Sequence record: PP430346
Length of the DNA: 64,000 nucleotides
Strand: one strand, 5' to 3'
From: Escherichia phage vB_EcoM-LTH02
Positions within the stretch are counted from its first letter, which is position 1. Every line of letters begins with the position of its first letter. The notes under the pieces were generated by a model that saw nothing but the letters and a program-made list of their open reading frames with translations, did not search any database and was not told the DNA's origin. Positions 23,651 through 42,541 of this stretch are shown here, piece after piece. The position numbers were made by a program, and so were the translations under genes.

Positions 23651-25117
23651 ATGGCAGAAATTACAGAAACACAAGAAAGCTTACCACCATTTAGAATGGG
23701 TGAAGTAGGTTCTTTGGGTCTGAAGGTTAAGAATGGAAGAATCTATGAAGAACCTCGTCAGGCACTAAGGTTCCCTGAAAGTATTAAAACTTTCCAATTA
23801 ATGATGCGTGACCCTGCTGTAGCAGCATCTGTAAATATTATTAAGATGTTTGTCAGAAAAGTCAACTGGAGATTCGTACCTCCAAAGGGAAAAGAGCAAG
23901 ACCCTAAAATGCTTGAAAGAGCAGACTTCTTTAATTCTTTAATGGATGACATGGAGCATGATTGGGCAGATTTTATTAACTCTGTAATGTCATTCTGCAC
24001 TTATGGGTTCTGTGTTAACGAAAAGGTTTATAAGAAACGTCAGGGTAAAAAAGGAAAGTACCAGTCAAAATTTGATGATGGTCTAATTGGGTGGGCTAAA
24101 TTACCAATCAGAAACCAATCAACACTTGATAAGTGGTATTTTGACGAAGACTTTAGAAAAGTTACTGGTGTCAGACAAAATCTAAGAAATGTTTCACATA
24201 TTGCTGGAGCAATTAATCTTGGAGAAAGACCACTAACAAGAAAACTCCCACGAGCTAAATTCATGCTGTTTAAGTATGATGATGAGTATGGTAACCCAGA
24301 AGGTCGTTCACCATTACTTAACGCTTATGTACCGTGGAAGTATAAAGTACAGATTGAAGAGTATGAAGCTGTTGGTGTTTCAAGAGACTTAGTAGGTATG
24401 CCAAAGATTGGTTTACCACCAGATTATCTGGATGAAAATGCAGAACCTGAAAAGAAAGCTTTCGTACAATACTGCAAAACTGTTGTTAATGATATGATTG
24501 CTAACGATAGAGCAGGTTTAATCTGGCCTAGATATATCGACCCAGATACTAAAGAGGATATTTTTGAGTTCTCATTAGTTTCTAGACAGGGTGCTAAAGC
24601 ATATGACACAGGTTCTATTATTGACAGATATTCCAAGCAAATTATGATGGCATTTATGTCAGATGTTCTTGCTATGGGTCAGTCAAAATATGGTTCATTC
24701 TCTCTTGCAGATTCTAAGACAAGCCTATTAGCTATGTCAGTAGATATTCTGCTGAAGCAAATTAAGAACGTAATTAACCGTGATTTAGTTGCACAGACTT
24801 ATGCTCTTAATATGTGGGATGATGAAGAACATGTTCAAATCACATATGATGATATCGAAACTCCAGACCTTGAAGCAATTGGTTCTTATATTCAGAAGAC
24901 TGTTGCAGTAGGTGCTTTGGAAGTTGACAAAGAGCTATCTAACAAACTTAGAGAGCATATTGGTCTTCCTCCTGCTGATGAGTCTCAGCCAGTATCTGAA
25001 AAGCTTTCTCCAAATAGCCAAAGCCGTTCAGGAGATGGTTATAAGACCGCTGGAGAAGGTACTGCAAAGACACCTTCAGCGAAAGACCCAAGCACAGCAA
25101 ATAAGGCAAATAAATAA
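23651..25117 (+). CDS. portal protein
   Basis: About 490 aa, immediately downstream of large terminase and upstream of the prohead protease (conserved order); start moved to ATG 23651. Confidence 0.7.
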   Translation: MAEITETQESLPPFRMGEVGSLGLKVKNGRIYEEPRQALRFPESIKTFQLMMRDPAVAASVNIIKMFVRKVNWRFVPPKGKEQDPKMLERADFFNSLMDDMEHDWADFINSVMSFCTYGFCVNEKVYKKRQGKKGKYQSKFDDGLIGWAKLPIRNQSTLDKWYFDEDFRKVTGVRQNLRNVSHIAGAINLGERPLTRKLPRAKFMLFKYDDEYGNPEGRSPLLNAYVPWKYKVQIEEYEAVGVSRDLVGMPKIGLPPDYLDENAEPEKKAFVQYCKTVVNDMIANDRAGLIWPRYIDPDTKEDIFEFSLVSRQGAKAYDTGSIIDRYSKQIMMAFMSDVLAMGQSKYGSFSLADSKTSLLAMSVDILLKQIKNVINRDLVAQTYALNMWDDEEHVQITYDDIETPDLEAIGSYIQKTVAVGALEVDKELSNKLREHIGLPPADESQPVSEKLSPNSQSRSGDGYKTAGEGTAKTPSAKDPSTANKANK

Positions 25118-25617
25118 TGGCTGAAGTTATCTCTATTTCAAATGCTACACGAGTGCATTCGTATAGAGGTGTCCTTATCATTACTGATAAACTATCTGTA
25201 GAGGCTGGCTCAAGGGTCAGCCTTTCAGGTTATGTTAGTGATGGTGGAGTCTCTGACGTTTTCACTATTTGTAGGTTACTTGATGCACCAATGAGTGGAA
25301 AACCGTTTATTTCAGGAAATTGTAGTGAAATTGTTAAAATTCCATTTGACAGTTCATGCCTTTTGGGTGTAAAGTTATATAACTGCGAGAATAAACGTAT
25401 CAATGTTAATAGCATTGAAGCCGCTTTCATTACCCTCGACACTGCATTTCAATCTCCAATGGCAGTTAATAAAGAAACAAACAGACTTGAATACATTTTT
25501 TCACAAAATGATTACAAAGTACTTGTCAAAGGTAAAGTATATGATATGATTGTAAATGTGGTAGATGAATCTGGTAACCATTCAACAGTCCTTAAACAAA
25601 AAGTAAGGTTTAATTAA
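25117..25617 (+). CDS. hypothetical protein (166 aa)
   Basis: ORF track; start overlaps portal stop. Confidence 0.5.
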   Translation: MAEVISISNATRVHSYRGVLIITDKLSVEAGSRVSLSGYVSDGGVSDVFTICRLLDAPMSGKPFISGNCSEIVKIPFDSSCLLGVKLYNCENKRINVNSIEAAFITLDTAFQSPMAVNKETNRLEYIFSQNDYKVLVKGKVYDMIVNVVDESGNHSTVLKQKVRFN

Positions 25618-25949
25618 TGGGAACATTAACTATTGATGGTAAGAATAAAATCCTCGCCACGCTAACCCCAACGACTATTATTTTACACAATGTAGACCCA
25701 ACGGCAGACCCTACAGCAAATAAGGTTACTCAGCCAGTGGCTATTTATTTTTCTGAACCGGATAATGGCTTAATTGCCTCAGAAGACACAGTTAATATTA
25801 CTGTTCCAGCTTCTGCAACGGTCTCACACTATAGCTTGTGGGATGCTAACGATAAATGCGTGGCAACTGGTGCTCTTAGCAAACCTCAATTCTTTGCTGA
25901 AGAAGGTATCTATGTTATCTCTTCAGTCTCTGTAGATTTAAACAAATAG
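25617..25949 (+). CDS. hypothetical protein (110 aa)
   Basis: ORF track. Confidence 0.5.
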   Translation: MGTLTIDGKNKILATLTPTTIILHNVDPTADPTANKVTQPVAIYFSEPDNGLIASEDTVNITVPASATVSHYSLWDANDKCVATGALSKPQFFAEEGIYVISSVSVDLNK

Positions 25950-25960
25950 GGTGAGTAAAA

Positions 25961-27307
25961 ATGAGTTCGAATATCTTCAGACTTGCTGATAGATTATTCA
26001 ACCAACCTTTACTAGCCACTGAATCATTAGCTCACTCAGCAGCAACTTATGTGAATAACAGATTGCTGGGTGATGTCCAAGCAGCAGTAAACTTTGATAA
26101 ACCCAAAGGTGAAGCAAGAAGTCTTTTAAAAGTAAAAGATGACATTGCTATTATCCCTATTATGGGTGGTTTAACTCATCGTATGACATTCATTGATGCA
26201 ATGTGTACAGGTGGTCTAAGCTCTTATGAAGGTTTACGTAGAGGCTTTGACGAAGCTTTAGCAGATGAGTCAATCAAGACTATTGTTCTGCATATTGATT
26301 CTGGTGGTGGTGAAGCTTCAGGTTGCTTTGAATTAGCACGTCACATTATGGCTTCAAGAGGCCAAAAGAAAATTATTGCTTATGTAGATGAGTTCGCTTG
26401 TTCCGCTGCATATGCTCTTGCATCTTCTGCTGAAGAAATTATTGCATCACCAGATGCAGATGTTGGTTCTATTGGTGTAATCATGGTTCATCAGGAATTA
26501 ACTAAGGCATTTGAAAAGAATGGCGTAACAATTAACGTCATCAAAGCTGGTGAGTTTAAAGGTATGGGTTCACCATTCCAAGCACTTTCAGAAGAAAGCA
26601 AAGAAAGACTTCAAAAGAGAATTAATGATACCTACGCAACCTTTACAGGTTTTGTAGCCGAATCTCGTAATCTCTCTGAAGAAGCTGTAAAGAATACTGA
26701 GGCGAATGTTTATTCTGCTCAGGAAGCTCTTGAACTTGGTTTAATTAACTCAATCATGTCTCAAGATGATTTCTTAAATTACTTACAAGGTTCTGAAGAG
26801 GCTCCTGTAAGTTTAAACGTTAACAATTCAGGTGAAGAAATGACTGAACAAGAAAAGCAAGAACTAGAAGCTTTGCGTCTTCAGGTTGCTCAAATGAAAG
26901 CTAAAGAACAGGAAGCTGCTTTGTCAGATTTGACTAATAAGATTTCTGCTTCTGCTGAAGCTTTTGGATTTGATGCAAAAGAAGCTGCAACGACTATTTT
27001 AGGTGCTGGTCTTGATAACCCTCTGAGTGTTCTGTTTATGAATGCTATGGAAGGTGCTAACCAGAAACTTAATGAAACTATCGCATCCCATGCTTCTGCA
27101 ATGGAAGAAAAAGAATCAGAGATTACCAAGCTGAAAGAAACTGCTGGTGCTGTTCTTGAACATTCCAACGCTATGGAAGAAATGGGTAATGACGGCGAAG
27201 CTGATTTGGTTGAAGAAGAAAAAGAACCAGCTAAGAATGCTTCCGAAGACACCGCTGAACAACGCAAACTGGCTCTCCAGAATGCTCTAAAATCTCTTAT
27301 CAAATAA
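25961..27307 (+). CDS. prohead protease (S49/SppA-like) fused to a coiled-coil scaffolding domain
   Basis: HIDSGGGEASG and DEFACSAAYALASSAEEI..GSIGV resemble S49 motifs; C-terminal half is Ala/Glu-rich coiled coil (EQEKQELEALRLQVAQMKAKEQEAA). Confidence 0.7.
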   Translation: MSSNIFRLADRLFNQPLLATESLAHSAATYVNNRLLGDVQAAVNFDKPKGEARSLLKVKDDIAIIPIMGGLTHRMTFIDAMCTGGLSSYEGLRRGFDEALADESIKTIVLHIDSGGGEASGCFELARHIMASRGQKKIIAYVDEFACSAAYALASSAEEIIASPDADVGSIGVIMVHQELTKAFEKNGVTINVIKAGEFKGMGSPFQALSEESKERLQKRINDTYATFTGFVAESRNLSEEAVKNTEANVYSAQEALELGLINSIMSQDDFLNYLQGSEEAPVSLNVNNSGEEMTEQEKQELEALRLQVAQMKAKEQEAALSDLTNKISASAEAFGFDAKEAATTILGAGLDNPLSVLFMNAMEGANQKLNETIASHASAMEEKESEITKLKETAGAVLEHSNAMEEMGNDGEADLVEEEKEPAKNASEDTAEQRKLALQNALKSLIK

Positions 27308-27318
27308 GGAACACAATA

Positions 27319-27696
27319 ATGGCATATCAAGGTTTTACTAAGTTAGGTAAAAGAGAACCTCTGAATGATATCATTCTTTGGGAACAGGTTACCCCAACAG
27401 GCCACTCTCGTAAAGAGTACACCCCAGTTGCTTCAACAGAATACCGTGTAGGTGAAGTTCTGAAAGCAGACGGTACTAAAGTTACAGCAGGACAAGAAGC
27501 TCAGGCTGATTCAGTATGTATCGTTAATTTCTACGCAGACCTGCAACTGTCTTACCACGGTCAGTTGAAAGTTGTTGGTATCCACCGTGATGCAGAACTA
27601 AAAGACCTGCTAATTCTTGAATCAAGCGTTGATGCTGATGAAGTCAAGAAAGCTCTGGCTGCTAAAGGCATTGATTTCGTACCAACTGGCCTGTAA
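27319..27696 (+). CDS. head decoration protein (lambda gpD-like position)
   Basis: 125 aa between protease/scaffold and major capsid gene, the position of lambda D; assignment is positional. Confidence 0.45.
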   Translation: MAYQGFTKLGKREPLNDIILWEQVTPTGHSRKEYTPVASTEYRVGEVLKADGTKVTAGQEAQADSVCIVNFYADLQLSYHGQLKVVGIHRDAELKDLLILESSVDADEVKKALAAKGIDFVPTGL

Positions 27697-27729
27697 TAAC
27701 AATAATAAGACATTCTGGAGAATTTTACA

Positions 27730-28836
27730 ATGTTGACTAATTCTGAAAAAAGCAGATTTTTCCTTGCTGACCTGACTGGTGAAGTCCAGTCTATCCCAAA
27801 TACTTATGGGTATATTTCCAACTTAGGTCTGTTCCGTTCAGCACCAATCACCCAAACTACTTTCCTTATGGACTTGACTGATTGGGATGTTAGCTTGCTT
27901 GATGCGGTAGACCGTGATAGCCGTAAAGCAGAGACTAGCGCACCTGAGCGTGTTCGTCAAATCAGCTTCCCAATGATGTACTTCAAAGAAGTTGAAAGCA
28001 TCACTCCTGATGAAATTCAGGGTGTACGTCAGCCAGGCACTGCAAACGAGCTTACTACTGAAGCTGTAGTACGTGCTAAGAAGCTGATGAAGATTCGTAC
28101 CAAGTTCGATATTACTCGTGAGTTCCTGTTTATGCAAGCTCTGAAGGGTAAAGTTGTCGATGCTCGTGGTACTCTGTACGCTGACCTGTACAAGCAGTTC
28201 GATGTTGAGAAGAAGACTGTTTACTTCGACCTTGACAACCCTAATGCGGATATCGACGCTTCTATTGAAGAACTGCGTATGCACATGGAAGATGAAGCTA
28301 AGACTGGCACTGTAATCAACGGTGAAGAAATTCACGTAGTTGTTGACCGTGTGTTCTTCAGCAAGCTGACTAAACATCCTAAGATTCGTGATGCTTATCT
28401 TGCACAGCAGACTCCGCTGGCTTGGCAACAGATTACTGGTTCTCTGAGAACTGGTGGTACTGACGGCGTTCAGGCTCATATGAACACCTTCTACTACGGT
28501 GGTGTTAAGTTTGTCCAGTACAACGGTAAGTTCAAGGACAAGCGTGGTAAGGTTCACACTCTGGTGAGCATTGATAGCGTAGCAGATACTGTTGGTGTTG
28601 GTCATGCTTTCCCTAACGTTTCTATGCTGGGTGAAGCAAACAACATCTTCGAAGTGGCATATGGTCCATGTCCTAAGATGGGTTATGCAAATACACTTGG
28701 TCAGGAACTGTACGTATTCGAATACGAAAAAGACCGTGACGAAGGTATTGACTTTGAAGCTCACTCTTACATGCTGCCATACTGTACTCGTCCTCAGTTG
28801 CTGGTAGATGTTCGCGCTGACGCCAAAGGTGGCTGA
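27730..28836 (+). CDS. major capsid protein (lambda gpE-like)
   Basis: 368 aa, size and position typical; gene order protease-decoration-capsid matches lambda-type head modules. Confidence 0.75.
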   Translation: MLTNSEKSRFFLADLTGEVQSIPNTYGYISNLGLFRSAPITQTTFLMDLTDWDVSLLDAVDRDSRKAETSAPERVRQISFPMMYFKEVESITPDEIQGVRQPGTANELTTEAVVRAKKLMKIRTKFDITREFLFMQALKGKVVDARGTLYADLYKQFDVEKKTVYFDLDNPNADIDASIEELRMHMEDEAKTGTVINGEEIHVVVDRVFFSKLTKHPKIRDAYLAQQTPLAWQQITGSLRTGGTDGVQAHMNTFYYGGVKFVQYNGKFKDKRGKVHTLVSIDSVADTVGVGHAFPNVSMLGEANNIFEVAYGPCPKMGYANTLGQELYVFEYEKDRDEGIDFEAHSYMLPYCTRPQLLVDVRADAKGG

Positions 28837-28856
28837 TAAACTTAGGAGGGTTATGA

Positions 28857-29306
28857 ATGTGTTATACAGGCGACCCAGCCAATAACCCTCTTGATAGAGT
28901 AAGAATCCTCTGCACAGACACCAATAATGACGAAATTCTTATTGAGCAGTCTGTGCTAGAGTGGTTCTATCTAGAATCTGGAAAGGATGAAAAGAAAGCA
29001 GCCATCAAAGCTCTTAAATATTTACTCTTTCAAGTAGCCAAGATGGGAGATGAGAAGGTTGGTGGTGTTTATTTACGTAACTCTTCCAGATTCAAATCTC
29101 TGAAAGCTGTTTATGATGACCTTGTTAAAAGCTCTGTTTCAGGACTACCCTATGCAGGTGGTATTAATCAGTGTGATATTGACATGCGTCGTCAGAATCC
29201 TTGCTCTGTCAAGAAATACACAGAATATGGTGATGCTGCCAGATACGAAGGCAGAGATTACTGCAACCGTGTTAATGGCGTATTTATTATCGAGCGAGAT
29301 GAATAA
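28857..29306 (+). CDS. hypothetical head completion/connector protein
   Basis: ORF track; SD AGGAGGG 6 nt upstream; positional. Confidence 0.5.
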   Translation: MCYTGDPANNPLDRVRILCTDTNNDEILIEQSVLEWFYLESGKDEKKAAIKALKYLLFQVAKMGDEKVGGVYLRNSSRFKSLKAVYDDLVKSSVSGLPYAGGINQCDIDMRRQNPCSVKKYTEYGDAARYEGRDYCNRVNGVFIIERDE

Positions 29307-29788
29307 TGGTTAAAAGGGTTATTCACCCCGCTAGAGCAAAATTAGTCGGGGCTATGAAGAACTTGCAAACGGCTAATGCTCAAGTTGGGTATTTTCAAGA
29401 ACAAGGTCAACATAGCTCTGGTTTTTCTTATCCTGCTTTAATGTATTTACAAGAAGTTATTGGGGTTCCTTCAGCTTCTGGTAAAGTATATCGTAGGTTG
29501 TTTGAAATCACTATGATGCTAAACAAACAGGCCTTGTTAGAGCAGACTAAGAAGAATCTATATAAGCAACTTAGCAGTCTCAACACAGACCCTTCAAATA
29601 CCTTAGAAGCATTTGCAAAGAATGCTCAAAAGGCAATTAAAAGAGGTTTTGGTAATTCTGCTATCCTCCCTCCTAACGCACCTTCCACAGTCAAGAAAAA
29701 AGGCTTTAATGCACCTCTTGTTGAGACAGGTGACTTAAGAGATAACCTTGCTTATAAAATTTCTACTAAGAAGGGTATTAAAAAATGA
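29306..29788 (+). CDS. hypothetical head-tail joining protein
   Basis: ORF track; overlapping stop/start. Confidence 0.5.
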   Translation: MVKRVIHPARAKLVGAMKNLQTANAQVGYFQEQGQHSSGFSYPALMYLQEVIGVPSASGKVYRRLFEITMMLNKQALLEQTKKNLYKQLSSLNTDPSNTLEAFAKNAQKAIKRGFGNSAILPPNAPSTVKKKGFNAPLVETGDLRDNLAYKISTKKGIKK

Positions 29789-30186
29789 GACTCTTAAACA
29801 GACACAGCTTTGTAGTAAAGCGTAAAGTCTCTGAAGACGGTTATTATAATGATGATGGTGATTGGGTAGCTTCACAAGATATTGTAGAGGTTAACTGTAA
29901 AGGTAATATCCAGCCATACATCAAAGGTTCTGTAAAGAATGGTACACAGATTGCTTTACCGGAAGGTGTTAGGCTTACCGATACAAGAATCCTGTATACC
30001 ACATATAAACTTAGAACTTCAGATGATGTAGAGTGGAATGAGTCTGACATTGTTATGATTGATGGTCATGAGTATGAAGTATTTATGACTATGGATTGGT
30101 CACAGCAATTAGCCCATACGTCCCATTATGAATATATCATTATTAGAAGGGATAAAATGAATGCAGTTAGAAACAGCAGAACTTGA
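29785..30186 (+). CDS. hypothetical head-tail joining protein
   Basis: ORF track. Confidence 0.5.
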   Translation: MRLLNRHSFVVKRKVSEDGYYNDDGDWVASQDIVEVNCKGNIQPYIKGSVKNGTQIALPEGVRLTDTRILYTTYKLRTSDDVEWNESDIVMIDGHEYEVFMTMDWSQQLAHTSHYEYIIIRRDKMNAVRNSRT

Positions 30187-30760
30187 AAAAGGTCTAGTTA
30201 GAACCTTAGTGGATGTTATTGGTCACAGACTAGCTCGTGATAAGAATAATAGACCAAATGTAATTAGAGCTTACCCTTCTGATAACTCAAATGACAAAGG
30301 TTTAAAACCTGACCAGCCATTTATTACCGTATATTGTCAAGATGCTGCAACACCTTATGGTTGGGTTCTTGATAAGTTTGTTGAGGATGATGTAGTTTGC
30401 TACAGAATTGCTTTTCAGATTCCAGTATTAATTACGGTAAATGGTAAAGGTGCTCACAGCATTATGCTTGAGCTTAAACAACGATTAGAGATGAGTTCAG
30501 TCAGAGATTTAATTCTTGAAGAGACAGGAGCTACAGTTCTAGATACTGGAGCTATCCCAAATGACTATACTTATCTTAATACAGATTTCGAAAATTCTGC
30601 ACCTCTTGTTGTAACTCTTGTAAAAAATTCAGTCCTGAAAGATGAACGTGGAAGTATTATTGAACGTGTCATCGTTGATGGTGAATTAGTTTACGAAGAA
30701 GGACAAGAGCCACCAGAATATACTATCCATCTAGATGTAGACTCCAAAGGGGTAAAATAA
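30161..30760 (+). CDS. hypothetical tail completion protein
   Basis: ORF track. Confidence 0.5.
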   Translation: MQLETAELEKGLVRTLVDVIGHRLARDKNNRPNVIRAYPSDNSNDKGLKPDQPFITVYCQDAATPYGWVLDKFVEDDVVCYRIAFQIPVLITVNGKGAHSIMLELKQRLEMSSVRDLILEETGATVLDTGAIPNDYTYLNTDFENSAPLVVTLVKNSVLKDERGSIIERVIVDGELVYEEGQEPPEYTIHLDVDSKGVK

Positions 30761-32113
30761 ATGTGGAATCCAATTGTTAATGTAGATATTACATTGAACA
30801 CCGCAGGAACTACAAGAGAAGGTTTTGGGCTACCACTATTTTTAGCTTCAACAGATAACTTTGAAGAAAGAGTCCGTGGTTACACTTCCTTAACTGAAGT
30901 TGCTGAAGATTTCGATGAGAATACTGCTGCATATAAGGCTGCTAAACAACTTTGGAGTCAAACTCCTAAAGTAACTCAGCTTTATATTGGTAGACGTGCT
31001 ATGCAGTACACTGTATCAATTCCTGATGCCGTTACCGAAAGTACAGACTACTCAATTACTGTAGCTGCTGGCGGTGGAATTTCTCAACCATATCAGTATA
31101 CAGCAATAGAGTCAGATACTGCTGAAAAAGTATTGCAACAGTTTAAGACACAGATTGAAGCTGACCCAACAATCAAAGATAAGGTTTCTGTGAACGTAAC
31201 TGGTAGTGGTGCTTCTGCCACAATGATTATTACCAAAGCTGGTGATAATGACTTTGTGAAAGTAACAACCACAGCACAGACTGTATATATTGCAAGCACA
31301 ACTGCTGATACAGCATCAACTGCTCTGGCAGCTATTGAAGCTTATTCAACTGACTGGTATTTCATTGCAGCAGAAGATAGAACTCAACAGTTTGTCTTAG
31401 CAATGGCTTCTGAGATTCAGGCTCGTAAGAAAATCTTCTTCACTGCTAACTCTGATGTAGCAGCACTGCAAGGCACAGAATTAAACAGTGCAAATGATGT
31501 TCCAGCACAGCTTGCTAAGAACATGTACACCCGTACAGTTTGCTTGTGGCATCACACAGCAGCAGAAGACTATCCAGAGATGGCATACATTGCTTATGGT
31601 GCTCCATATGATGCAGGGTCAATTGCTTGGGGTAATGCTCAGTTGACTGGTGTAGCTGCTTCTCTACAGCCAGCTAATAAGAGACCTCTGACAAGTATTC
31701 AGAAGTCTGCTTTAGATGCACGTCACTGTAACTTTATTGACCTTGATGGTGGTGTTCCAGTGGTTCGTAGAGGGATTACTTCTGGTGGGGAATGGATTGA
31801 CATCATCCGTGGTGTTGACTGGTTAGAATCAGACCTGAAAACTTCTCTGAGAGACTTGCTAATTAACCAGAAGGGTGGTAAGATTACTTATGATGATACT
31901 GGTATTACTCGTATTCGTCAAGTCATTGAAACCTCTCTACAAAGAGCAGTCAACAGAAACTTCCTGTCATCTTACACAGTTAATGTTCCTAAAGCCTCTC
32001 AAGTTGCTTTGGCAGACAAGAAAGCTCGTATCCTGAAAGATGTTACCTTCGCAGGTATCTTAGCAGGTGCTATCTTGGATGTTGACTTGAAAGGTACAGT
32101 GGCTTACGAATAA
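30761..32113 (+). CDS. tail sheath protein (putative)
   Basis: 450 aa gene directly upstream of a roughly 150-aa tube-sized gene and the chaperone/tape-measure block, the conserved contractile-tail order. Confidence 0.55.
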   Translation: MWNPIVNVDITLNTAGTTREGFGLPLFLASTDNFEERVRGYTSLTEVAEDFDENTAAYKAAKQLWSQTPKVTQLYIGRRAMQYTVSIPDAVTESTDYSITVAAGGGISQPYQYTAIESDTAEKVLQQFKTQIEADPTIKDKVSVNVTGSGASATMIITKAGDNDFVKVTTTAQTVYIASTTADTASTALAAIEAYSTDWYFIAAEDRTQQFVLAMASEIQARKKIFFTANSDVAALQGTELNSANDVPAQLAKNMYTRTVCLWHHTAAEDYPEMAYIAYGAPYDAGSIAWGNAQLTGVAASLQPANKRPLTSIQKSALDARHCNFIDLDGGVPVVRRGITSGGEWIDIIRGVDWLESDLKTSLRDLLINQKGGKITYDDTGITRIRQVIETSLQRAVNRNFLSSYTVNVPKASQVALADKKARILKDVTFAGILAGAILDVDLKGTVAYE

Positions 32114-32128
32114 TAGAGGTAAATTGGA

Positions 32129-32575
32129 ATGGCTATGTATCAGCAATATTCCCCTAAAGACGTTGTATGTAGCTGGAATGGTATTGCCATTGAAGGCTTT
32201 GCCCCAGACTCATTCTTACGTCTACAGAGAACATCACCGCTTATCACACCAGTTGTAGGTGCGGGTGGTCAGGTTGCTCTGACAAGAAATGCAGACAAGA
32301 CAGGTACTATTGAGATTGAGCTAATGCAGACTTCTCTCTCTAATCAGATGCTTTCTGCAATTCAAGCTAAACAAGACAATATGGAACTTGAAGAAGATAT
32401 CTCTTCTAACTTCGTAATCTACGACCCATCAGGCTCTGTTCTGGCAACTGGTATCAATGCTTGGTTGCAGGAACTACCACAGATTGAACTTGGTCGTGAC
32501 CAGAACTCTAAAACTTGGATTTTTGGTTGTGAGAAGCTAGACTACACTTCTACAATTCCAGCGTCAAGTGTTTAA
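32129..32575 (+). CDS. tail tube protein (putative)
   Basis: 148 aa between sheath and chaperones; followed by hairpin plus T-run at about 32590-32625. Confidence 0.5.
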   Translation: MAMYQQYSPKDVVCSWNGIAIEGFAPDSFLRLQRTSPLITPVVGAGGQVALTRNADKTGTIEIELMQTSLSNQMLSAIQAKQDNMELEEDISSNFVIYDPSGSVLATGINAWLQELPQIELGRDQNSKTWIFGCEKLDYTSTIPASSV

Positions 32576-32648
32576 TAAATCCTATAAGGGGGAGACTTTA
32601 AAAGGTCTTCCCCTTTTTTGTTTCTTTTAAAAGTATTAAGGAATCACA

Positions 32649-33047
32649 ATGAAAACAGAATCTAGAGTAATTAATGGTAAGAAAGTAAATATCGTTCTGC
32701 TTGGGGCAAGAGATGGTATTAAGATGTCTATGAAGTTGGGTAAAATTGTTGTTCCAACTTTTGCACAGATGCTATCAAGTCTGACTGATAAAGATAAGAA
32801 AGAAGCTCCAATGGTTCCATTTAAAGAACTTGTTGAAGCTTGTTTTGACAGAATTGAAGAAATTAACCTTGAAGAAATGGCTACCCTGTTATTTCAAGGG
32901 GCAACTGTTGATGACTTCCCACTTAATATTGATACATACTTCCAAGCAAACTATGGTGAATTTATTGATTACTTAGCATTTGCGCTGGAGGCAAATTTCG
33001 GAAGTTTTTTCGAAGCAAGCATTTTCAAAAGCCTAACTTCTCAGTAA
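32649..33047 (+). CDS. tail assembly chaperone (G-like)
   Basis: Acidic 132-aa protein immediately upstream of the tape measure gene; contains slippery heptamer T_TTT_TTC near its 3' end. Confidence 0.5.
   Translation: MKTESRVINGKKVNIVLLGARDGIKMSMKLGKIVVPTFAQMLSSLTDKDKKEAPMVPFKELVEACFDRIEEINLEEMATLLFQGATVDDFPLNIDTYFQANYGEFIDYLAFALEANFGSFFEASIFKSLTSQ
33005..33011 (+). other. candidate -1 programmed ribosomal frameshift site (T_TTT_TTC)
   Basis: Heptamer in X_XXY_YYZ register of 32649..33047; the -1 frame from here is open and is the frame of 33050..33289. Confidence 0.45.
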
Positions 33048-33049
33048 AC

Positions 33050-33288
33050 ATGGGTAACACTCTACAGACACCACTGACTGATGCTGCTGTAGAGGCAACC
33101 TATGAAGAAGCAGACGAGATGAAATTTGTGCTTGCTATTTATGGTATGGAAGGGTGTAAAGAAACACTTGACCAACTCTTTGCTATGACATTCTCTGATT
33201 TATTATCATTGAGACAATTTCTTGAAATTCAGAGGTCGTATAAAGAGGAAATTGCTTACAACGAACTTAGAAGAGCAGGAAAAATGTA

Positions 33289-33289
<1 letters not shown>
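33050..33289 (+). CDS. tail assembly chaperone extension (GT-like, probably made by frameshift)
   Basis: ORF in the -1 frame relative to 32649..33047; ends with stop overlapping the tape measure ATG (TAATG). Confidence 0.4.
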
Positions 33290-41305
<8,016 letters not shown>

Positions 41306-41307
41306 TA

Positions 41308-42495
41308 ATGGCAGTAGGTGAAATTCAAATTAGTGCCTTGCCTCAAGCAGCCTTACCAATTGACCTTAGTGATATCTTCCATCTTAAGCAGGGTATTGAG
41401 GATAAGAGATGTACTCTTGAGCAATTACTTGCTCCACACTCAAGCCTAAAAAATAACCCTCATGGTGTTACTAAAACACAAATTGGTTTAGATAATGTTA
41501 TTAATGCTCTTCAGTTAGTCGCTGCAAATAACTTATCAGATATTGTTAATGTAGCTGAGGCAAGAGCAAATCTACAGATTATGTCTTCAGAAGAGGTTAA
41601 TAACCTTGTCCAGCAACATATCAAGGACAAGAGTAACCCACACAATACAACTAAGGCACAGGTTGGTTTAAGTAATGTCCAGAACTGGACAACATCTAAT
41701 CTGTATAACGAAGATGCAGATAAGTATGCTACAGCAAGAGCAGTAAATAACTTGTACAAGGCTGTTCAGGCTTCTTATCCAGTAGGTACTATCCATCTTT
41801 CTATGAACTCTGCAAACCCCTCTACATACTTAATTTGTGGAGGTACTTGGGAGTTGGTTTCAAAAGGTAGGGCATTGGTTGGTTATGACTCTGATACAAG
41901 GCCAGCAGGTTCTGTATTTGGTGCTTCAACTGTCACTTTGTCAGTTAATAACATGCCTCAACACTCACATTCTGTGTCTCTTAGTGGTGGCGGTCACACT
42001 CATAATGCAACTGTTTCAATTTCAGCTTTTGATTATGGAACTAAGACTACCAACTCTTTTGACTATGGAACAAAGACCACTAACACAACTGGTAACCATA
42101 ATCACGTTGGCAGTGGGTCAACAAGTGCTGCTGGTGCTCACAACCACAGATTGACCTATGAAGCAGGTGGTGGTCTATCGGAAAGACCTGCAATGGTCTG
42201 GTCTACAAGGAATGACCAATCATGGTACTCAGCAGATGCTGTCTGTGAAGTCGCTGGTTCGCACACCCACTCTTTTAGCGTTACCACTAATACAACTGGT
42301 AACCATAATCATACGGTGGGTATTGGTGCTCATAGCCATACAGTTGGTATTGGTTCACACACACACAATGGTACTGTGGCAGTTTCTTCTTCTGAGCATA
42401 CACATAGTGGAAACACTAATAGTGTTGGTGGTGGACAAGCTTTCAACATTGAACAGCCATCATTCGTACTGTATGTATGGCAGAGAACAGCTTAA
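41308..42495 (+). CDS. tail fiber protein with C-terminal HxH repeat domain
   Basis: C-terminal third holds many H-x-H motifs (HSHSVSLSGGGHTHNAT, GNHNHVGSG, GAHNHRL, GSHTHSFS, GAHSHTVGIGSHTHNG, EHTHSG) and ends QPSFVLYVWQRTA. Confidence 0.65.
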   Translation: MAVGEIQISALPQAALPIDLSDIFHLKQGIEDKRCTLEQLLAPHSSLKNNPHGVTKTQIGLDNVINALQLVAANNLSDIVNVAEARANLQIMSSEEVNNLVQQHIKDKSNPHNTTKAQVGLSNVQNWTTSNLYNEDADKYATARAVNNLYKAVQASYPVGTIHLSMNSANPSTYLICGGTWELVSKGRALVGYDSDTRPAGSVFGASTVTLSVNNMPQHSHSVSLSGGGHTHNATVSISAFDYGTKTTNSFDYGTKTTNTTGNHNHVGSGSTSAAGAHNHRLTYEAGGGLSERPAMVWSTRNDQSWYSADAVCEVAGSHTHSFSVTTNTTGNHNHTVGIGAHSHTVGIGSHTHNGTVAVSSSEHTHSGNTNSVGGGQAFNIEQPSFVLYVWQRTA

Positions 42496-42541
42496 TTTCT
42501 TTACAGGGGCTTTATAGCCCCTTTTAAGAGGAAAATTTATA